Shown here: one piece after another, positions 31,295 to 39,087 of the stretch | Position numbering within the stretch: the first letter of the stretch is position 1 | Layout: each line of letters starts with the position of its first letter | DNA from: an uncultured Thermoleophilia bacterium | GTDB lineage: Bacteria; Actinomycetota; Thermoleophilia; UBA2241 | DNA length: 64,000 nucleotides | Reading direction: 5' to 3' | Assembly: GCA_963747935.1 (NCBI GenBank) | Contig: CAVVGY010000006.1 | Location: forward strand, 105,161-169,160 | Translations under genes and position numbers: made by a program | The notes under the pieces: model-generated | What the model saw: only the letters and a program-made list of their open reading frames with translations | Told to the model about the DNA's origin: nothing | The model's database searches: none

Positions 31295-32464
31295 GTGAAG
31301 CTCCGCACCGTCGCCTTCAGCAACCTCAAGCGCCGCAAGTCGCGCGCGGCGTTCCTGGTCGCCGGCCTGCTGGTCGGCATCGGGACCGTGGTCGCGCTGC
31401 TCACCCTGAGCCAGGCGCTCACCGTGCAGGCGCAGAACAACCTGGAGACGTACGGCGCCAACATCCTCGTTGTGCCGCGGACCGACGCGCTCTCGCTCAC
31501 CTACGGCGGCGTCACGCTGGGGACGGCGGCGACCGGCAGCCGGGACATCCGCCAGGCCGACCTCGAGCGCATCTCGACGATCGCCAACCGGAGGAACATC
31601 GCGATCATCGCGCCCGAGCTGCTCGGGGCCGTCAAGGTCGCAGGCAAGGACGGCCTCCTCATGGGCGTGCGGCCCAAGGACGAGTTCGACCTCAAGAAGT
31701 GGTGGAGCGTGGACGGGCGGCCGCCGCGGAACGGCGACGAAGTCGTCGCCGGCTCGGCGGCCGCCCGCTCCCTCCGCCTCAAGACGGGCGACAGCGTCAG
31801 CATCGGCGGCAAGGCCTTCACCGTCACCGGCGTCCTGCGCCCGACCGGGTCCGAGGACGACAACCTGCTCATCACCGACCTCGGCGCGGCGCAGACCCTC
31901 CTCGGCAAGCCCGGCAAGGTCTCGATGGTCCAGATCGCCGCCTTGTGCAGCAACTGCCCTGTGGAGAAGATCGTCGCCCAGGTCGGCGGCGTGCTGCCGG
32001 GCACCAAGGTCACGGCCATGCAGCAGCAGGTCAAGAACCGCATGCACGCCATCGACCAGTTCCGCACGTTCAGCTGGATCGTCGCCGGCGTGATCATCGG
32101 CATCGAGGCGCTGGTCGTGTTCGTCACCATGATGGGCTCGGTCAACGAGCGGACGCGTGAGATCGGCATCTTCCGCGCGCTCGGCTTCCGTCGCCTGCAC
32201 GTGACGGGCCTCATCCTCATCGAGGCCGTGGTCGCGAGCCTGCTCGCCGGCGTGCTCGGCTACCTCGCCGGCATGGGCGTCAGCTACGCCCTGCTGCCGG
32301 TGCTGGCCGGCAGCGGCGCCGCGGACGGCGTGACGGTCACGTGGGCGCCGGCGCTCGCCGCCGGCGCCGTGGGCCTGGCCGTCGCCATCGGCGCCGTCGC
32401 CTCACTCTACCCGGCGCTCCGCGCCAGCCGTATGGACCCGACCGTCGCGCTGCGCGCGCTCTGA
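31295..32464 (+). CDS. ABC transporter permease, FtsX/MacB type (copy 1)
   Basis: N-terminal AFSNLKRRKSRAAFLVAGLLVGIGTVVAL, a large extracytoplasmic domain, and a C-terminal FtsX motif REIGIFRALGFRR. Confidence 0.85.
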   Translation: MKLRTVAFSNLKRRKSRAAFLVAGLLVGIGTVVALLTLSQALTVQAQNNLETYGANILVVPRTDALSLTYGGVTLGTAATGSRDIRQADLERISTIANRRNIAIIAPELLGAVKVAGKDGLLMGVRPKDEFDLKKWWSVDGRPPRNGDEVVAGSAAARSLRLKTGDSVSIGGKAFTVTGVLRPTGSEDDNLLITDLGAAQTLLGKPGKVSMVQIAALCSNCPVEKIVAQVGGVLPGTKVTAMQQQVKNRMHAIDQFRTFSWIVAGVIIGIEALVVFVTMMGSVNERTREIGIFRALGFRRLHVTGLILIEAVVASLLAGVLGYLAGMGVSYALLPVLAGSGAADGVTVTWAPALAAGAVGLAVAIGAVASLYPALRASRMDPTVALRAL

Positions 32465-32472
32465 GGCTCCGC

Positions 32473-33630
32473 ATGACCCTGCTCACCGTCGCGCTCACCA
32501 ACCTGCGCCGTCGCAAGGGTCGCGCCGCGTTCCTCGTCGCCGGCCTGCTCATCGGCGTCGGCACGGTGGTGGCGCTCATCTCCCTCACGCAGTCGATGAC
32601 CGGGCAGACCAAGGCCAACCTGCAGAGCTTCGGCGCCAACATCCTCGTGCAGCCCAGGGCCAAGGACGTCGCCCTCAGTTACGGCGGCATCTCGGCCGGT
32701 GGTCTCTCCGTGGGGCAGCAGTACCTCTCGCAGGACGACGTGGCGCGCATCGACGCGATCCCCAGTCGCGCGGACATCTCGGCCGTGGCTCCCCAGCTTG
32801 TCGGCGCGGTGCGGGTCAAGGGCCACCGCGCCCTGCTGCTGGGCGTCGACCCGGCGCAGCAGTTCAAGCTCAAGCGCTGGTGGTCGGTCGGCTCCGGCCA
32901 CGCCCCCCAGAAGCAGGGCGAGCTCATCGCCGGCGCCGCGGCCGCCAGGACCCTCAAGCTGCAGATGGGCGACTACCTCACCATCGGCGGCCGCCGGTTC
33001 ACCGTCACCGGCGTGCTCGGCGAGACCGGCTCCCAGGACGACTCGCTGCTCATCGCCGAGCTCGGAGACGTGCAGCAGGTGCTGGGCGAGCCCGGCAAGC
33101 TCACCCTCGTGGAGATCGCGGCGCTCGAGGCGGGAACCCCCGTCGAGCGCATCGCCCGCGAGCTCGGCGCAGCGCTGCCGCAGGCGAGGGTCACGGCCAT
33201 GCAGGAGGCGGTCAAGAGCCGCCAGCACGCCGTGGACCAGTTCCGGCAGTTCAGCTACGCCATCGTCGGCGTGGTCATCGCCATCGAGGCGTTGGTCGTG
33301 TTCCTCACCGTGATGGGTTCGGTGAGCGAGCGCACGCGTGAGATCGGCGTGTTCCGCGCCATCGGCTTCCGCCGCGTGCACATCACGCGGCTGATCCTCA
33401 TCGAGGCCGTGGTCGCCAGCACCATCGCCGGCGTGCTCGGCTACGTGGCGGGCATGGCGGTCACGTACGTGGTGCTGCCGCTGGTGGCGCACAGCGCCGA
33501 GGTGGCCTGGGCGCCGCTGCTCGGCCTCACCGCCGTCGTGCTCGCGGTGGGCATCGGCGGCCTCGCGTCGCTGTACCCGGCCCTGCACGCCGGCAAGATG
33601 GACCCCACCGAGGCGCTTCGCGCTCTCTGA
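32473..33630 (+). CDS. ABC transporter permease, FtsX/MacB type (copy 2)
   Basis: Paralogous to the preceding gene (ALTNLRRRKGRAAFLVAGLLIGVGTVVAL...REIGVFRAIGFRR). Confidence 0.85.
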   Translation: MTLLTVALTNLRRRKGRAAFLVAGLLIGVGTVVALISLTQSMTGQTKANLQSFGANILVQPRAKDVALSYGGISAGGLSVGQQYLSQDDVARIDAIPSRADISAVAPQLVGAVRVKGHRALLLGVDPAQQFKLKRWWSVGSGHAPQKQGELIAGAAAARTLKLQMGDYLTIGGRRFTVTGVLGETGSQDDSLLIAELGDVQQVLGEPGKLTLVEIAALEAGTPVERIARELGAALPQARVTAMQEAVKSRQHAVDQFRQFSYAIVGVVIAIEALVVFLTVMGSVSERTREIGVFRAIGFRRVHITRLILIEAVVASTIAGVLGYVAGMAVTYVVLPLVAHSAEVAWAPLLGLTAVVLAVGIGGLASLYPALHAGKMDPTEALRAL

Positions 33631-33657
33631 CGCGCGAGACCTCTGTAAGGAGAGAGA

Positions 33658-34455
33658 ATGGTCGTCGTCACCAAGCAGACCAGGATGGAGACCGGACACA
33701 GGATGCCCGGGCAGACGCCGGAGCAGCAGGACGCGCGCGAGCCGCAGGCGCAGGCGCGCGAGGCGGAGCGGGCCGCGCGGTTCATCGACGTGCGCGGCCT
33801 CGAGAAGACGTTCGAGGGCGACGGCGCTCCCGTGCTCGCCCTCCGCAGCCTCGACCTCGTGGTGTCCGAGGGCGCGTTCCTCGGTGTGATGGGGCAGTCC
33901 GGCTCGGGCAAGAGCACGTTCCTGAGCATGCTGGGCGGGCTGTGCCACCCGAGCGCCGGCACCATCGCCGTGGACGGCATCGACCTCTACGCGCTCGGCG
34001 GCGAGAAGCTCGCCGACTTCCGCCGCGAGTACCTGGGCTTCGTGTTCCAGAGCTTCAACCTCGTGCCCTACCTGACGGCGCTGGAGAACGTCACGCTGCC
34101 GTTGGCGGTCAAGAAGATGCCGTCCGCCGAGAAGCGCGAGCGTGCGCTCCAGGTGCTGGAGCGCGTAGGGCTCGCCGACCGCGGCGGCCACCTGCCCGGC
34201 AAGCTGTCCGGCGGCGAGCAGGAGCGCGTGGCGATCGCCCGCGCGCTCGTCAACGAGCCGCCGCTGATCCTCGCCGACGAGCCCACCGGCGCGCTCGACT
34301 CCGAGACGACGGTCGAGATCATGGACCTCTTCGCCGAGCTCCACCGCGACGGCAACACGATCGTGATGGTCACGCACAACCCCGAGATCCAGACGTACTT
34401 CGACCGCACGATCCTGCTGCGCGACGGCCGCCTCGAGGCTGACCTCCCGGGCTGA
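33658..34455 (+). CDS. ABC transporter ATP-binding protein (MacB-type)
   Basis: Walker A GQSGSGKST, signature LSGGEQERVAIARAL, Walker B ILADEPTGALD. SD is AAGGAGAG. Confidence 0.9.
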   Translation: MVVVTKQTRMETGHRMPGQTPEQQDAREPQAQAREAERAARFIDVRGLEKTFEGDGAPVLALRSLDLVVSEGAFLGVMGQSGSGKSTFLSMLGGLCHPSAGTIAVDGIDLYALGGEKLADFRREYLGFVFQSFNLVPYLTALENVTLPLAVKKMPSAEKRERALQVLERVGLADRGGHLPGKLSGGEQERVAIARALVNEPPLILADEPTGALDSETTVEIMDLFAELHRDGNTIVMVTHNPEIQTYFDRTILLRDGRLEADLPG

Positions 34456-34515
34456 CCGCTCGTCGGGTGGGCCACCGGCCGCCGCGCCGGGTGGCGCAGT
34501 GGCGCCACTCTGAGA

Positions 34516-34591
34516 ACGTGTCTACTCTGTAGATACATTTCGGCAGGGGTGAGCGCCTGGGCCTCGGATGTATCTACTCCGTAGACACGTT
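34516..34591. repeat. Two copies of a 23-24 bp AT-rich palindrome (AyGTrTCTAC-N3-GTAGAyACrT), mutually inverted
   Basis: ACGTGTCTACTCTGTAGATACAT (34516-34539) and ATGTATCTACTCCGTAGACACGT (34568-34591). The arms are exact reverse complements of one another. Confidence 0.6.
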
Positions 34592-34652
34592 TGCAGAGGG
34601 GCCTCGGCGGCACTCCCGGGGCGTCGCAGGACTGCCCCCGGGCGACATCGGC

Positions 34653-34658
34653 TAGACT
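34653..34658 (+). promoter_or_regulatory. Candidate -10 box TAGACT 7 nt before ATG 34666 (leaderless mRNA candidate)
   Basis: Sequence reads GCTAGACTAGACGGCATG. No SD is present. Confidence 0.4.
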
Positions 34659-34665
34659 AGACGGC

Positions 34666-35610
34666 ATGGTGACGTCCACGCACAGGAGCGCATCCGCGGT
34701 CTCCCGGCGCCTGCGCGGCGGCCTCTGCGCGCTCGCGCTCGTCGTGGCCGCGGCCGCGCTGCTGGCCGCGCTCCCAGCCACGGCCTCCGCCGGTGTGGAC
34801 GACTGGGTGCACATCTGGGAGGTCGTGCGGCTCGTCGACTACCAGCAGAGCCGGCCCACCCCGCCGGGCGGCGTGTTCGTGTACATGCTCGGCGACTCCA
34901 TCGCGCGCGAATCGACCATCAACGACGCCTCCTGGACGCGCGCCCTGCAGCGCAAGGCTGCGGCGGCCGGCAAGGTGAGGGTCTTCACCGCCCGCGACGT
35001 GGCGGGGCACAACCAGACCTTCGGTATGGACGAGAAGATCGTGGAGGGGCTGCCCCCGACGCCCGCGCGGCAGCCCAAGGGCATCGTGCTCATCGGCGTG
35101 GGCATCAGCCGGTTCATCGGCCCGCCGACGCCCATGGCGCCGGCTTCGTTGCAGCCCCCGGCGCCCGGCCTCGAGCCGCCGCTCAGCCCGTGGGCGCAGC
35201 ACCACTACGACGGCCGCGCGCCTCTCTCCCTCACGCGCAAACGCGAGCTCGTCCCGCGCTGGATGGACCGCCGCTGGGCCGGCTTCCAGGAGAACAAGGC
35301 CAGGAACGTCGCCAAGATCCAGCGGATCATCGACCTCTGCAAGAGCAAGGGTCTGCGCCCGATCATCCTCGACCTGCCGCTCGACCTGCGCGTCGTCGGG
35401 TCCGGCCTCGACAAGCCGCGCAACGCCATCCGCTCGGCCATGAACGGTCTCGCGCGCAGGAACAACATCCGCTACGTCCGCTTCAACGAGTCACTGGGCC
35501 TGCCCAGCTCGTCGTTCTGGGACCTGCATCACCTGCTCAAGCCCGGCTACGAGCGCTGGCAGGCGCGCCTCTCGGCCGAGGTGGTCAAGGGGCTTCCCGC
35601 GGCGCAGTAG
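34666..35610 (+). CDS. Secreted SGNH/GDSL-family hydrolase
   Basis: Signal peptide with an RR motif (SRRLRGGLCALALVVAAAALLAALPATASA) and block I VYMLGDSIARES. Confidence 0.65.
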   Translation: MVTSTHRSASAVSRRLRGGLCALALVVAAAALLAALPATASAGVDDWVHIWEVVRLVDYQQSRPTPPGGVFVYMLGDSIARESTINDASWTRALQRKAAAAGKVRVFTARDVAGHNQTFGMDEKIVEGLPPTPARQPKGIVLIGVGISRFIGPPTPMAPASLQPPAPGLEPPLSPWAQHHYDGRAPLSLTRKRELVPRWMDRRWAGFQENKARNVAKIQRIIDLCKSKGLRPIILDLPLDLRVVGSGLDKPRNAIRSAMNGLARRNNIRYVRFNESLGLPSSSFWDLHHLLKPGYERWQARLSAEVVKGLPAAQ

Positions 35611-35698
35611 CCCTGGGCCCGCGCGGCTGCGCGACGTAGTGACGGGCCGACGACGGGCGCCGTGAGTCGCCCGGGGGCGGGCGGGGAACAAGCCGCCC

Positions 35699-37084
35699 AT
35701 GACGTCCCAGCGCATCATCCGCACGTACTACGGCATCGCTGCGACCACCACGCTCGCGCAGGCGCTCATCTGGGGCGTCAACACGCTGTTCCTGCTGTCG
35801 GTGGGCTTCGACATCTTCGAGGTCATGCTGATCAACGCGGCGTACACCGTGGCGCAGGTGCTGTTCGAGGTGCCGACCGGGGTGGTCGCTGACACGGTCG
35901 GCAGGCGCGTCTCGTACCTGCTCGCGGTCGGCACGATCCTGGTCTCGACCCTGTTGTACGTAGGGTTCGGCCTCGCCGGGTACGGCCTGTGGCCCTTCGC
36001 CGCGGCCTCCGCGATCCTCGGCGTGGGCTACACCTTCTACACCGGCGCCGTGGACGCGTGGATGGTCGACGCCCTCCACTCGGTGGGGTACGAGGGCAAG
36101 CTGGAGCCGATCTTCGCGCGGTACGGCATCACGTTCGGCATCTTCATGCTCATCGGGACCACGCTCGGCGGCCTGCTGGGGCAGGTCGACCTGTGGATCC
36201 CGTACGTGGCGCGGGCCGTCGTGCTGGTGCCCGCGTTCCTGCTCGGCCTGCTGGTGATGCGCGACCTCGGGTTCAAGGGTCGCCCGCTCACGCTCGGCAA
36301 CTTCGGGGCCGAGACGCGCAAGATCGCCACCGCCGGCGTCACGTACGGTCTGCGCGACAGGACCGTGCGCTTCATCATGCTCGCCTCCCTCGTCCAGGGC
36401 GTGTTCTTCATGTACGGCTTCTACTCGTGGCAGAAGTACTTCCTCGACCTGCTCGGCCGCGACCTCGTCTGGGTGACCGGCGTCATCGCGGCGCTGGTCG
36501 GCGTCACGCAGATCGTCGGCAACATGGCGGTCGGCCGCATCGTCGCCCGTTGGCCGGACCGCGGCCTGATCCTCATGGTGTGCGCCGCGGTGACCACGGT
36601 CGCGGTGATCGGCGCGGCGCTCATCCAGAACTTCTGGGTGGCGGTGCCGCTGTACCTGGTCTCGACGGTGGCGTTCGGCATCTCGCTGCCGGTCAAGCAG
36701 GGGTGGCTGAACGCGCGCATCCCGTCGCAGCAGCGCGCGACCATCATCTCGCTGGACGCTCTGTTCGGCGACGGCGGCTCCACGGTGGGGCAGGTCGGCC
36801 TGGGCTGGCTGTCCTCCGCCGTGTCCATCCCCGCCGCGTGGCTGGTGGGCGGCGCGATCCAGGCCATCAGCGTGCCGCTGCTCGGCGTCGCGCGCAAGGC
36901 GGAGAAGGACAGCCCGGCGGAGAGGCTCGTGTGGGCTGAGGAGCCGGCCGGCTCAGGCGCAGCCGCGGCCGGCCTGGCGATGGAAGTCGAGACGCCCGGT
37001 TGTTTCGGTCCGGAGCCGGCGGCGACCTGCGTCGTCAGCGAGGCCGTTTCCGGGCCGGGTTCGGGCGACGAGCGCGTGGCCTGA
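35699..37084 (+). CDS. MFS transporter
   Basis: 12-TM pattern and the TM2-3 loop PTGVVADTVGRRVSYLL. Confidence 0.85.
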   Translation: MTSQRIIRTYYGIAATTTLAQALIWGVNTLFLLSVGFDIFEVMLINAAYTVAQVLFEVPTGVVADTVGRRVSYLLAVGTILVSTLLYVGFGLAGYGLWPFAAASAILGVGYTFYTGAVDAWMVDALHSVGYEGKLEPIFARYGITFGIFMLIGTTLGGLLGQVDLWIPYVARAVVLVPAFLLGLLVMRDLGFKGRPLTLGNFGAETRKIATAGVTYGLRDRTVRFIMLASLVQGVFFMYGFYSWQKYFLDLLGRDLVWVTGVIAALVGVTQIVGNMAVGRIVARWPDRGLILMVCAAVTTVAVIGAALIQNFWVAVPLYLVSTVAFGISLPVKQGWLNARIPSQQRATIISLDALFGDGGSTVGQVGLGWLSSAVSIPAAWLVGGAIQAISVPLLGVARKAEKDSPAERLVWAEEPAGSGAAAAGLAMEVETPGCFGPEPAATCVVSEAVSGPGSGDERVA

Positions 37085-37312
37085 CGCCCGCCCAACCGCT
37101 GCTGAAGCCTGGCGCCGAAGCAGCCCGGCGCCCGCATCCGTCGGCGGGCGAAGCGGCCGGTCGCCGTCTCAGCTCGCGGCCGGGGTCTTGGCCTTTGGGG
37201 AGTATGAGCAAGTGAGTAGGCGCGTCCGCAACGCGCTTCCCGGAAGCTTCTGTGTGTCACGCCGCTCAAAACGTGGAACGGTCCAAGTGACATCCGGAGC
37301 AGAAGGGCTGAG

Positions 37313-38242
37313 ATGAGCACCTACGACATCGCGATCATCGGTGGCGGCCCGGCAGGGCTGTCGACCGCCATGTACGCCGGTCTGCGGGGCCTCGGCGCCG
37401 TCGTCTACGAGGCCGAGGCCTTCGGTGGGCAGCTGATCAACCTGTACCCGAGCAAGCCCGTGAGCAACTTCCCGGCGCAGCCCTCACTGCCGTCGCGCGA
37501 GTTGGCGCTGCGCCTGGCCGACCAGGCGGAGCAGTTCGGGGCGGAGCTCCGGGAGTGGCGGGCCGTCGAGAACGTGACGCCGCAGAACGGCGGCTTCAAG
37601 GTCGACGGTTCGCTGCGCCAGGACGACGCTCGGACGCTCGTGCTGGCGTTGGGCCTCGGCCGCTTCACGCCGCGGCGCCTCGGCCTGCCCGACGAGGAGC
37701 GGTTCCTCGGTAGGGGCCTCGCCTACCGCCTGCCGCCGCTCGAACAGGTGCGTGCTCGCCGCGCCATCGTCGTCGGCGGCGGGGACACGGCGCTCGACAC
37801 CGCGCTCTCCCTGCGCGAGGTGGCGGACGTCACGGTGGTACGCCGGCGTGACGAGTTCCGCGCGTACGCGCACACGCAGGACCGCTTCGCCGACGCCGGC
37901 ATCGAGGTGCTCAGCAACGGGGAGGTGGTCGGGCTCAAGGGCGAGGATCGCCTCGAGAGCATCGTGGTCCGCCGCACCGACGGCTCGACGGACGAACTGC
38001 CGGCCGACCTGGTGCTGGTGAGCATCGGGCAGGTGCCCGACCTCTCCGGGATCGAGCACTGGGGCCTCGGCCTGCACGGCGCCAAGATCGACGTGGATTC
38101 GACCATGGCGACCGGGCTGCCGGGTGTGTTCGCCGTGGGCGACTTCGCCCTGTACCCCGGCAAGGTGCGCATGATCGCGACCGCGGTGGCCGAGGGCACG
38201 ACTGCCGCCGCCTCGGCGCAGCGCTATCTCTCGGCGGACTGA
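37313..38242 (+). CDS. Thioredoxin-reductase-like ferredoxin-NADP+ reductase (YumC-type, no CxxC)
   Basis: YDIAIIGGGPAGLSTAMYAG, GGQLINLYP..., a second Rossmann fold VVGGGDTALDTA, and C-terminal GDFALYPGKVRMIATAVAEG. The redox-active CxxC of true TrxR is absent. Confidence 0.75.
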   Translation: MSTYDIAIIGGGPAGLSTAMYAGLRGLGAVVYEAEAFGGQLINLYPSKPVSNFPAQPSLPSRELALRLADQAEQFGAELREWRAVENVTPQNGGFKVDGSLRQDDARTLVLALGLGRFTPRRLGLPDEERFLGRGLAYRLPPLEQVRARRAIVVGGGDTALDTALSLREVADVTVVRRRDEFRAYAHTQDRFADAGIEVLSNGEVVGLKGEDRLESIVVRRTDGSTDELPADLVLVSIGQVPDLSGIEHWGLGLHGAKIDVDSTMATGLPGVFAVGDFALYPGKVRMIATAVAEGTTAAASAQRYLSAD

Positions 38243-38256
38243 CCAGCCTCGGCCGG

Positions 38257-38922
38257 TCAGTCCAGCTGCCAGGTGGCCGACACCGGCACGGAGTCGGCGG
38301 CCGGCTTGCACACGAACCGGATGGGCGGGGAGGCCCCCACAGAGAACGCCAGGGTGGTCGTCATGCTCTTGCCGGGCTGCAGCGAGGCGCCGAGCAGGCT
38401 GTCGTCGGCGAGTACGGCAGGCGCAAGTTCGTCGTTCTCCATGACGAGGATGAACGAGTCCGCGACCTCGAACGGCAGCGGGACGGCCGCCGTGCCCGCG
38501 GTGCCCTCGGGGGTCACCGTGAGCTTGAGCGTGACCAGCCGCTCACCGGAGTCGGGCGAGACGCCGTCGACCTGGCCGGGGTCCTGGAAGTCGTCCGCGG
38601 TGACGCGCACGACCGCGCCCTCCGGGGTCTCGAACCGCACCGTGTCGCCGAGCGAGACCAGCGGAGGCTTGGTGGAGACGGGCTTGGGGGTCGGCGTGGC
38701 CTTCTTGCTCGCGGTGGCCGAGGCGCCGGCCTGGGTCGTCGCCGGCGCCGGCTGGACGGGCTGATCCGCTCCTCCGCCGCAGCCGCGCAGGAGCAGCACC
38801 ACGACGATGACGACGACGACCACGGCGGCGACGAGCACCGCCAGGCGCATTCGGCCTTGGCGCCGGCGCCGCCGGCGTGCCTCATCTCTGTCCCTGGCGC
38901 TCCTCACGGCGGGCACGAGCAT
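38257..38922 (-). CDS. Membrane-anchored extracytoplasmic protein with a Pro/Thr/Ala linker (DUF4352-like beta-sandwich?)
   Basis: Basic N-terminus, one TM helix, a low-complexity linker, and a C-terminal roughly 130-aa beta-rich domain. The family call is tentative. Confidence 0.45.
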   Translation of the reverse strand: MLVPAVRSARDRDEARRRRRRQGRMRLAVLVAAVVVVVIVVVLLLRGCGGGADQPVQPAPATTQAGASATASKKATPTPKPVSTKPPLVSLGDTVRFETPEGAVVRVTADDFQDPGQVDGVSPDSGERLVTLKLTVTPEGTAGTAAVPLPFEVADSFILVMENDELAPAVLADDSLLGASLQPGKSMTTTLAFSVGASPPIRFVCKPAADSVPVSATWQLD

Positions 38923-39014
38923 CCCCCTCTTCCGAAGGCTGGTGGCTGATTACTTCAAGGCTATCAAGCACCAGCCTTCGCGCACCAACGCCCTCTCGCC
39001 CGACGCTCAGATGC

Positions 39015-39046
39015 GAAAGGGGCGGGCCCGAAGGCCCGCCCCTTTC
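39015..39046 (-). terminator. Intrinsic-terminator-like GC hairpin after the por/stn operon
   Basis: GAAAGGGGCGGGCC-CGAA-GGCCCGCCCCTTTC, a perfect 14-bp stem 42 bp downstream of the porB stop. Confidence 0.7.
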
Positions 39047-39087
39047 GATCGTCCGGCTGGTAGCCGAGACCAGTCTAGCGCAGGCTC

